From positions 1 to 39,738 of the forward strand of contig JAAPAO010000321.1 of the NCBI GenBank assembly GCA_013115145.1: 39,738 nt of DNA, in the 5' to 3' direction. Both the position numbers and the translations under genes were made by a program. Shown piece by piece: positions 1 to 8,885 of the stretch; the stretch's first letter is position 1, and every line of letters starts with the position of its first letter. A model generated the notes under the pieces. The model did not search any database, was not told the origin of the DNA, and saw only the letters and a list, made by a program, of their open reading frames with translations. This stretch comes from Perkinsus chesapeaki ATCC PRA-425. Taxonomy: Eukaryota > Protista > Perkinsozoa.

Positions 1-428
1 TGCCCGGCGCGGCGACCATCGCCTTTATGCTCAAGAAGTTGTCCATGAGCGTATCTTTGCGTATCTTTCTGGGTTGTGCTTGTCTAGCTTGTCTCTGGTG
101 TACTTTGGCATCCTATTTTTCCTTACCAATAGTTGTAGCTGTTGCATCGTGCTTCATCTACTTCTTCCTTATACCTTGTTGGTGTATAATTTACGTTCTA
201 ACCCCTGCTGTCTACCCTCCTCGATATCGCGGATCAGCGTCTGGTCTACTCAGCGCTGTTGCCGGTCTGACGGGTCTGGTCTCCCCATTTTTATCCGCAA
301 TAATTTCCGAGTCATCCGAGGGTCGCCAATGGTTGTATATGGCAGTTTGGACGATCGTCGTTGGTCTTAATTTCGTGGTAGCAATATTATGGTTGAGAGT
401 CAAGAACGAGCAGCCACGGGACGCCTAA
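1..428 (+). CDS. MFS transporter, C-terminal part (5' end outside the window)
   Basis: Consecutive hydrophobic helices. YVLTPAVYPPRYRGSASGLLSAVAGLTGLVSPF matches the MFS sugar-porter/SV2 C-terminal 'E.fPt..R..g.G' motif. Confidence 0.8.
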   Translation, partial: PGAATIAFMLKKLSMSVSLRIFLGCACLACLWCTLASYFSLPIVVAVASCFIYFFLIPCWCIIYVLTPAVYPPRYRGSASGLLSAVAGLTGLVSPFLSAIISESSEGRQWLYMAVWTIVVGLNFVVAILWLRVKNEQPRDA

Positions 429-504
429 GAAGGTGATCATCACGATACGACTTTGTGGATTCCTGTTGCGAATACGATAATACTGCTGAAGATTCATAGC
501 TGGA

Positions 505-2022
505 ATGTTGTTTCGAATATTACAGAATGTTGCGTTATCCCCACTCATTGTTTCCGTTTCAACTTTGTTGGGTCAATTTTCCAATGGTGTTCAGCTGATT
601 AGTTTTCTACCAAATTTCCTTCAAATGTCGTCATGTGTGGCTGATGAGCATTCAGTGTTCGACATTCAATCTTTAGTAATGCACCGAAGGTACACGTATC
701 TATTACTTCTGCTATGTGCATGTGGTCAGTTTGCTGCAGCCACCGAGTGGGTTATAGTATCAGTTATACAACCAGACGTCGTAGATCACTTCAATCTATC
801 TTTTACAAGTTACTCGTTATTGCCGAGCATGGTGTCACTTTCTGCGTTGCTGGGATCTTTCTTTGCTGGTTATATATCCGATCATCTTGGTCGTCGTATC
901 CCCTTCGCACTTGGAATATCGGTAATTGCGGTTTGTGGACTGATAAGCGTTGGTGCCTGGCATTATTGGGTTTTGGTTCTTTTCCGATCTCTGGCTGCTA
1001 TTGGTACTGGTATGGTAAGCACAGTCGACTATATACTTTACGTTGAATTTATCCATCAATCACAAAGGAACTCATTGGTCTTGTTTATGTTCATCGGTTC
1101 TCCCTTGGCCGCGGCTTATATAGCAGGTCTGAATGCAATACCGATGGAAGGCTCTACCCTGCTCCCCAAATGGCGTATCTTACAGTTCTTGGCAATTGTA
1201 CCTATCATACCAGCGGCGATCTTACGGTGGTATTTCCCGTTTGAATCACCAGGTTATTTACTTTTGCGTGGGCGCTATCATGCTGCTTATGAGCTTATCA
1301 AACGATTATATAACCAAAATGGTGATATGCCGTCCCTCGAAGAGTTTACCTTACAAGCTCAGCAACAAATTCATAACGATGATACACAAGGACTGAACAC
1401 GAGACGACACCTCCTCAGTGCCATTTGGCGTGTAGAATTTCTGACCACTGCGCTACCGCTTTGGTTTATCTATCTTACCCTGTTTGCAGTCCTATGGATT
1501 ATACTGCTATATTTGCCTCCTTATCTTGCCCAGGTTGTAACTGATACTTCTCGTCATATTATTCTCTTTATTATATTAGCTAGCTCATCGCTAGCTGTAC
1601 CCTTACTGGCCTTAGCACTAAAAGCGGGTCTTTCGTTGACCGCTACATTATGTCTCGCTTTTGCCTGCTCTTTCATATCTTCCCTGATCTGTACACTTGC
1701 CGCTGCTTTCGCCCCAATGAGCTTCTTTTTGCTCGTATCATACTGTACGACCCTAGCTTCTATCCAAGCATCCGCATTCTCCCTTTATCTTTTCGCGCCA
1801 ATGGCTTTCCCTATTGAAATCCGAGGTATCGGAACTGGTTCATGCTATGCAATGGCGTCCATATCTGGTATCTTTACGCCTTTTCTCTCAAGCTTACTGC
1901 TCGAACATACAACACCTCAACAGGAGTGGATTATGCTTTCTGCATTGGCAGGGCTATTATTCCTTCTCTTGTGCATCTGTATCTATCTTTTTCATGCGTT
2001 TGGTAAGAATCCCGAGCAGTAG
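505..2022 (+). CDS. MFS transporter (sugar porter/SV2-like), intronless
   Basis: 505 aa with about 12 hydrophobic segments. Motif A GYISDHLGRR, PFESP after TM6, and FPIEIRGIGTG. Confidence 0.9.
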   Translation: MLFRILQNVALSPLIVSVSTLLGQFSNGVQLISFLPNFLQMSSCVADEHSVFDIQSLVMHRRYTYLLLLLCACGQFAAATEWVIVSVIQPDVVDHFNLSFTSYSLLPSMVSLSALLGSFFAGYISDHLGRRIPFALGISVIAVCGLISVGAWHYWVLVLFRSLAAIGTGMVSTVDYILYVEFIHQSQRNSLVLFMFIGSPLAAAYIAGLNAIPMEGSTLLPKWRILQFLAIVPIIPAAILRWYFPFESPGYLLLRGRYHAAYELIKRLYNQNGDMPSLEEFTLQAQQQIHNDDTQGLNTRRHLLSAIWRVEFLTTALPLWFIYLTLFAVLWIILLYLPPYLAQVVTDTSRHIILFIILASSSLAVPLLALALKAGLSLTATLCLAFACSFISSLICTLAAAFAPMSFFLLVSYCTTLASIQASAFSLYLFAPMAFPIEIRGIGTGSCYAMASISGIFTPFLSSLLLEHTTPQQEWIMLSALAGLLFLLLCICIYLFHAFGKNPEQ

Positions 2023-2403
2023 CACTATTAGTATCCAACCATTACCGATTCGGTTTTCTAACAAAGAGAAAGCTCTGAGTTACGCAGTCCCGAAAAAAGT
2101 TCATCATTTATCATCTACTCGTCCTCTCCGATCATCATCAACGTTAGCAATAATACCACACAGTGCTATGTAGCGACAAAAGCTAGTAGCTGCTCAATTG
2201 ATAAGATATTTTAGTACACTGAAGTCGAGTAATGAGAGACATTTCTCATAGTTGCTGAGCATTCGAACATTAGTGAGCATCATTTATGGTACGAGTTTAT
2301 CCCTTAGACGGATGACACGTAACGAAAGATCAGCAATTGTACGGTAAAGGCTGTTCGCTTTCGCAAGTGACGAGAGGCTCGCCAGCTCATCACGCGTTAC
2401 TAG

Positions 2404-3993
2404 AGGAATAGAGAGAAGCAATTTAAATGGGGACAGCGAATTGTGTGCATATTTGAGCAAATCGACAGCTCGATCTCATTTACATTACTGGCTTTGGTTT
2501 TCCCGTTTTCCTATGGGACGCCGGCCCGTACTCCCACCGACGTGGGAATCTTCAGGGGAAAGAGCTTGGTACTTTCGTCGCCTGCACAACTCGGATGGAC
2601 GGCGTTTGAGATGGTAAGAATGAACGCGAACGCATCCGCGCCAACAGCAGTCTTTCAGCTGGGCGGTGGTTTTACTTTCCGATGGTGATGGTCTTACTGA
2701 GGAGGATGCCACCGCTGTAGTTGTTGAACCAAGTGAGGAGGATCTAATTGAGTAACATCATCACGAGAGTGACATCAAGTCATCATATTTTTCAGGTTCA
2801 TTCATTCCCATTTTATGGAGCTTGTATACGGTCCGACTGGTGACCACTACAAGAGTCTACCTTATCGTTTGATGCTTATTACGTCTAATAACGAGATCGA
2901 TTGGGATAGAATGGCCAGCATTAAGGAAGCTATCGAGAGCTCTAGTTGGCAGCAGCCTGTGTAGCCGCGAGAGTTTACCTCGCAGTAGTGCTTCATTTTT
3001 AGGTCGCCAATCGCGCTGAAATATCCTTCGTTGGTATTGGCGCGTCACGTTACCACTAAAGCACCTCGGCCCTATCTCGTTTGGTCAACGGTTCCTGATG
3101 CGACGCCAAGCAGTGTGTTTGTGGAACGTGATGCTTGGAGTTCGAAAGGAACCAATACGGAAATGATATCTTTAAAAGATTTGTACAAACAGAAATATCA
3201 ACTCGACACAGATGCTTCCCAGGAAGTTTTCATTGCCTCGGCCAGTCCAGCGCCGTTGAAGCCTGGCGGCAAAGCAAAACCACCGAGCTCGAAATCAACC
3301 GTTTATTTGCTGCCTCACTACGTGCAAGTTCACCCCGTTGAAGTGGGGGCATCTGATAGCGATGAAAGAGTTAAATCTGAGCTCCAAGAAGATGTTCCGT
3401 TTGGCCTTAGGCTCCTCGCGAGAGACATTGCTATTGCGCATGTGTGTGCGTGCTTGAGGATATCTCTGTCATCCACTTCGGCAATGTCAGAAGCTCTTTC
3501 GGCTTACGATGGTCTAAATGGTCGCCTGGCTTGGCTCGGTGATGCTTTTTGGCGAGTTCTTGTTAATGACCGGTATTATTGGTCCAACGATTACCAGGCA
3601 GATTCATTCGTAGAGCTTTGTGATAACTTTCCTTGTCTGGCCGAAGCAACACTTTACGAGCCTCTGACGTTGATGCCACCGAAGAACCCCCAAGCCGTGC
3701 GTAATAAACGTTACGCTGATACGTTTGAGGCGATACTGGGGGTTGTCGGGCTGCACCAATATAAGCAAACTGGCTCTATCGAACAAGCTGTCGATGAGAT
3801 GGATGATCTGGAATGCTTCATCACGCCAGATGTCCGCAAGGGTAATGTGAGGAAGTCACCCGAGACCATCGAGTGGAGGAATCTGAGATGTTCGTTGATT
3901 GTTTGGAAGGAGTTCTCCAATGAAGGTTCGCTAAGCAAAATGAACGAGCGAAGGAATGCTCTTTTAACATCAATTATCAATTCACCGCCTTAA
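2404..3993 (+). CDS. Minimal Dicer-like protein: platform + PAZ + connector + single RNase III domain (about 490 aa; start codon uncertain)
   Basis: By-eye model: exons 2404-2613, 2648-2751, 2796-2960 and 3003-3993, joined in frame by GT-AG introns. DVGIFRGKSL, LIEFIHSHF and IDWDRMASI resemble the Dicer platform. SLKDLYKQKYQLD..QEVF and VYLLPHYVQVHPV resemble PAZ (TFAEYYKTKYNL..QPLL / LVPELCAIHP). RLAWLGDAF and KRYADTFEAILG are RNase III signatures. Confidence 0.8.
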
Positions 3994-4067
3994 CCGTTTC
4001 AATACTTTATGGATCGGTGTTGTGGAGCTTCATAATAAGTATCTTTCGGCAGTGCCGTGGTCACTAA

Positions 4068-4485
4068 ATGACGGATTCTGAGAAGCAGCTTGACGATGTT
4101 GAGGAGTTGACAAAAGCCACTCCGTGCTGTCAATCGGCTGCTGCTGCTGAAGAGCCTTTACCAGAAGAATGTCGAAAATGTCCGGCCAATTGGGTAAGCA
4201 TGACAAAGGGATGATCTCATATCCTCGTTGGTTATACTTGCATTGTTGTAAGTTTGAGCGATCGCCTCGTTCATATTGGGAGTCATGCTCTTACCGGCTC
4301 TAAAAATTATGTCAGGAAGTCATCATCTTTGCCGTTTTTTTCTTGAAATGTTTTTATGTCAGGTTTGTCATTACAAGGGCCCGAATGGAGAAACGAGGGG
4401 CTGTAAAGACAACAGCTGGCATGCTTTCCATTGTTGGCAGAATCATAGAACTCAAGAACGGGACGATATTTGGGCGGGCCTCTGA
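4068..4485 (+). CDS. Small Cys/His-rich hypothetical protein (about 82 aa, 2 exons)
   Basis: ATG 4068, exon to 4193, GTAAGC...TCAG intron, exon 4363-4485 in frame: MTDSEK...CCQS...CRKCPANW/VCHYKG...GCKDNSWHAFHCWQNH...GL*. Confidence 0.55.
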
Positions 4486-4709
4486 TGATTTTCGTTACTT
4501 TACCCAAAGCGTTGTGTTATTTATTCAGTCAGGGTGGTTCAGCTATTCGGTCGTTGGTTACCAAGCTGGTCAGTTCTTGGCCGTGATGGTGTCAGCTTTA
4601 TACTGCAGGCAGCATTGACATTTTACACTCTCTTCTGTTTGCGGGAAAGGTGTCTCTGGTGACTCTATTAGGAAGTACTGAGGCACGTTGAAGTATCTTC
4701 CTGGTGGCT

Positions 4710-4738
4710 ATGATAAGTTATCAATGATAACTTATCAT
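4710..4738. repeat. Perfect 29-bp palindrome with 14-bp arms (ATGATAAGTTATCA-A-TGATAACTTATCAT)
   Basis: Read directly. Each arm is itself a TGATAA-N-TTATCA inverted repeat. Confidence 0.9.
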
Positions 4739-5048
4739 TGTTAAGCATTACTAAAACACTGCGATTTGCCAAGATGACTCTAATCTCAATTTAAAGCGAG
4801 TAGAGTAGTTGGTGAAGTGATCATTCGATGATGATGTTGCGATGTTCCATAAGACATCTCACGATAAGCCCAAGATAACGAATGTGATGTCTTGCTAGCC
4901 TTGTTCATACGGAACGGTTGAAGGGAAAGGCAAGGAAAAGGGTGTCACCATAGCTACGAGCCAAAGCGGTGCATCAAACGCATTCAAATCCACAAAGTCA
5001 CAAATGTCTCCCTCAAACGGAACTAAGACATCTCGATCAGGTCTCAGC

Positions 5049-6727
5049 CTATGTAGGGCAGTCGAAAAGTTCAGGTTCGATATTATCATCATTATCATCA
5101 TTATCATCATTATCATCATTATCATCATCATCAGCAGCAGCAACTGATTTTTCCTGTAAAGGAGGATGACGTAACGGATACTCAACTCGGCCAAGGATAC
5201 GTAACAAAGTTTAACCCATTTACCGACGTACATCTGATTACAAACAGACGACTGTCTCAACCTTCAAAGATGCTGTTTTGTTTAAATTGAGCTCCGAATC
5301 GGAGCTGAAACTGTGATTATCGGTGCTTTCGATAAATGACCTGGTAATCTGAGAATTGCCGTCTTGCTCGCCTCGATCGAAGGGAGCTTTAAAAAGGTAT
5401 AGAGTCAATCAACAACCGGAATTGTCCGATCAGAGCACGCAACTTTATCAATTCGATTATCGTTCCTATTTGAGTGGGCCGATAATTTTGTTGGATTATT
5501 ATTATCGCATTGCCTCTCACTATTTAACATACGGTCATCATCTATCTATGGACATAATAATATGAGATTGGACGGCAACAACAAATCACACACGAGGGAA
5601 GTCTCATCGATGTTGAGTTATTACTATACCATTTGAGGTGATAAAGGTCCGTTTGACACATGGTACATATTTGGATTCGTACCATTTCAGATGAAGTACT
5701 TGTTAACTCAATATCATCATAAATATTTTTAACAAAACACACACACACACACATCCATGGACGGGAACAACACATTATAAATATCTTCTCCCCATGCATC
5801 ATCAAGTAGAACTAGGTGCGCTTTTTCCATCCGCTAATCATTTCCTCAATGGCTTCTTCATTGGTAATCATCATATTTTCAACCCACATTGGATCACCAC
5901 GATGACCTTCCATGAGCGTGTCAAGAACAGCCTCACAATTCACATCGCCGGGCTTTGTGAAAATATTAGTCAAAGTCTTCATCATCTTCAAATCAAAAGG
6001 CATCAGCTTTCCAACCTTCTTGTACACCTCCTCAGCAGTCCCTTCTAACACTCGTTCGTCACGTGTTTTTCTAATATAAAAGCTAATCTTCGCTTTCCCA
6101 TTATCATAGAACCTAAAATTTCTATAGCGGACTAACATGACTTGGTGAATGCTACCAAATAACCGGGGATACGGTCTTGCTCGGCCAATACAAGAAAGTA
6201 TAAGGATCAGACAAATCTCTCGCAGCATGAAAGGAGTTGTAGAATCTGTCTTTCTTATTGGGAGGATGTATCGTGCACGATCTAGCCATCTTCTCAATCT
6301 GAAACACTCCCATTTTGATCTCTAACATATATGATATCCTTAAATACTACTTCAAACAAGGAATAATAATTTATTATAAATTGGATGATTAATGCTCGAT
6401 GAGAATGAGGAACACATTTGTTATTGGGTTAATTCTATATTACCATATCCAAGTTCAATACTACCTATTATTCCATATAAGAGGTCTATCATGCAAGATA
6501 CGTTAGAGGTCGAATTACTACCCAAAATAGTACAATATCACGATCTATAGTTAGTGATGCTCTGTACAAGTAGCTCTTATAAAGTGTTATGTCTAATAAA
6601 ACCTTCACGGTGATTAACATACCTCCCAGCCTGGATATTTTGAGTCTGGTCCTAAAACACCAGAAGCGGAGACTTGAGTGGTGATCCAACAGAGAAGTGC
6701 GTAACAATTCAAGTTGATGAGTCTCAT
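5049..6727 (-). CDS. Multi-exon hypothetical secreted protein with acidic (DDN)n tail; internal exons only partly resolved
   Basis: First exon MRLINLNCYALLCWITTQVSA... is signal-peptide-like and ends at GTATGT. An internal exon starts at the acceptor near 6113 (FYDNGKAKISFYIRK...). The last exon 5153-5049 follows TTTACAG and reads EKSVAAADDDDNDDNDDNDDNDDNIEPELFDCPT*. Confidence 0.45.
5082..5132. repeat. 9-bp tandem repeat (ATTATCATC)n, about 5 copies; encodes DDN repeats on the minus strand
   Basis: Read directly. Confidence 0.9.
5735..5753. repeat. (CA)n microsatellite
   Basis: Read directly. Confidence 0.85.
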
Positions 6728-7201
6728 GTTAGTAATGATGGTAAACTAAGACCGAATATATAACATTATATAATCAAACCTCTAAAACTCAGACGCTACG
6801 CCGCATTTGCAATAACTAGTTCCCATCACATTCGGAATGTGCGGGTTTTTCTGCGCACGCCCATATGATCGATTTTATCGTCGTCTGTTGTTGTTCTTAA
6901 CTTCGGAGGGTTTTTATATCACGTTCGTAACTTACTGATAAGGTCGTCATCTCAAGAAGAACTCAGACTCAAGCAGTGTGAGAGACCTCATCTTGAGGGA
7001 TTTTCCAAATTAGAGTTTCTTTCAGTAAATGATGCCCTATAATGCTGGTCTTAGGAGACTCGCAATTCCACTTTTTTACCGTTCGCTGACCTCAGGACCA
7101 CCGGCCCTTACAATCTTGAGATCTCTAAAAGGTGGGATTGTTTGATAAGAATCTCAGGTTACAGCATGCAAGGTTCGCAATAGGTCAGGTTGTTTCCACT
7201 A

Positions 7202-8614
7202 ATGGATTGTCCAATCTCCCCTACAGCATCAACTCCTTCTTCTACGTCTTTCTCTCAATTCGCCCCTCGACGGTCCTTCAATCCAAACTGTCCGCTACGC
7301 CCAAACGTCTATCATCTCTACGGCGTATCTTTGGTTCACGAACCCGAGCTTAAAAAATATTTTGGTGGAAATGATGTCACTATTGAATGGGTCGATGATG
7401 CCTCCTGCAATCTGGTCTACTCTGATGAGATCTCAGCCAAGTCGAATCTCACCAAACTGCTCGCCGACTCGGAGATGCCATCGCCGAATGGGGAATGGAA
7501 GGACTGCCGTCCACTAAGGAAAGTCGGCGTCGGTCTTGGCGGTGATAAAGCCAGTGTTGCGGCGACAGAGCTCCAAGTGCGAGCCGCTACCACTGGTGAT
7601 GTTAAGGACTTGCATCATCGAGGAGATGTTGATTCGACGTATTATCAACTCAACTGCGACCGTGTTGTCAGGAGAAAATTGTCTTATCACGGTCAAGAGT
7701 GGCATAAAAAGAAACAAGAACGACAGGAAAATTTCAGAAGACGAAAATCTGAGGATTTGAGCGCCGCGCCGAGAATCGGTTTAGATGGCGTCGGCGCTGC
7801 GGTGATGAATCCTTTGCTGTTTTTGAGGGCATCAAATTCAAGTGGGGAGGGCAAGGAGGATCTGCTTAGTATGGTCAATTCGGCGGAGGAATCTTTGAGC
7901 TTTGATAAAGTGGAAAAGACCAAAAGTCGAAAACGGCAGACGAGCGATGGCGGTCATGGCCAGCATGAAAAGCGAACAATCAACTTGCCGATTGCAGTTG
8001 TGAAATTCTGTAAAAAATATAAAGTTAAATATGAGGCTGTGAAATTGAGAAGAACCTACAGAAGTATCTCTTTCGGGCAGCAAAAATCTTTGAGGAATGG
8101 TGGGCCAGCCGAAGCTCCACCGTGGGAGGTATATATCTCGGCGAACGGCTTGGAGTCGTGTACGCTCGGTCATGCGGTATGGATAGCGCTGGGAGATTGG
8201 CGGAAAGAGGATGGAGTTGGCGAGTTGATGAAACGGCGAGTGGTGGTGTTGGTCCCTCATGTGGCGGGGACGGGGGTATCTTTGGAGATGATTTCGCGGA
8301 AATTTGGTATGGATGCGAAGACTGTGTCGGTTTCACATATGCAAAAAGAATTGGGGTTCCCACCGATGGTATGCCCGCCATTCGGTCATCAATTCGCTCC
8401 TAATGTTGTGAAATCTGAGGTTGATCCGTGCACTATCCAATCACCTAAGATACTCGTCAGTGAAGACCTTTTAGCAGCATCGACGGTCGTGTTTGATCTC
8501 GGTAATAATGCTATCAAAATTGCTGGTGGTGAATTGAGCCGTCTCGTTGACTTGGGCGCCAGTACTGGCTTACAGAAGGTGAGCTCGGATATCTTGCTCA
8601 AGAAGGAGACCTAA
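7202..8614 (+). CDS. NCBP3: NCBP3-like (nuclear cap-binding subunit 3 RRM) protein fused to a C-terminal YbaK/ProX-like domain, intronless
   Basis: YHLYGVSLVHEPELKKYFGG..VTIEWVDDASCNLVY matches the NCBP3 RRM motif (hlyGvd......YF....iEWidDsScNvvf). The C-terminal VVVLVP..VSLEMISRKFG..ELGFPPMVCPPFG..ILVSEDLL..TVVFDLG follows the YbaK pattern. Confidence 0.75.
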   Translation: MDCPISPTASTPSSTSFSQFAPRRSFNPNCPLRPNVYHLYGVSLVHEPELKKYFGGNDVTIEWVDDASCNLVYSDEISAKSNLTKLLADSEMPSPNGEWKDCRPLRKVGVGLGGDKASVAATELQVRAATTGDVKDLHHRGDVDSTYYQLNCDRVVRRKLSYHGQEWHKKKQERQENFRRRKSEDLSAAPRIGLDGVGAAVMNPLLFLRASNSSGEGKEDLLSMVNSAEESLSFDKVEKTKSRKRQTSDGGHGQHEKRTINLPIAVVKFCKKYKVKYEAVKLRRTYRSISFGQQKSLRNGGPAEAPPWEVYISANGLESCTLGHAVWIALGDWRKEDGVGELMKRRVVVLVPHVAGTGVSLEMISRKFGMDAKTVSVSHMQKELGFPPMVCPPFGHQFAPNVVKSEVDPCTIQSPKILVSEDLLAASTVVFDLGNNAIKIAGGELSRLVDLGASTGLQKVSSDILLKKET

Positions 8615-8885
8615 TTCGACCTCATTAAGAATCTTTATAACATTACGGCTGAAGGTTTCAAGTAACGTAACTCGATTTAGAGAGGCTTGCGTTGAAGAGA
8701 AATGATAGGATTTTTCATCATCTTGTATCAGGAGTATTTTACATCACCAGGAGCCTGTCTTGTAGCGAAGTTACGCGGATGGATATTACCAATATTGAAG
8801 CTGAATGGCTTCGTCATACCGTATTTTCCTCTAATCACTATTTCAGTTTCGCCCCACTATGTCAAAAATCTTCGCAGTGCGCAGC

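Noticed and set aside
4895-5260. Minus-strand ORF with a MMIMMI run
   Set aside because: It is an alternative frame of the ATTATCATC repeat. The DDN frame has a proper acceptor and stop. A separate gene at about 4550-5030 is possible, but I could not join its exons.
5290-6841. Short perfect palindromes at 5290-5306 and 6827-6841
   Set aside because: With 7-8 bp arms, a few are expected by chance in 40 kb, and there is no supporting context.
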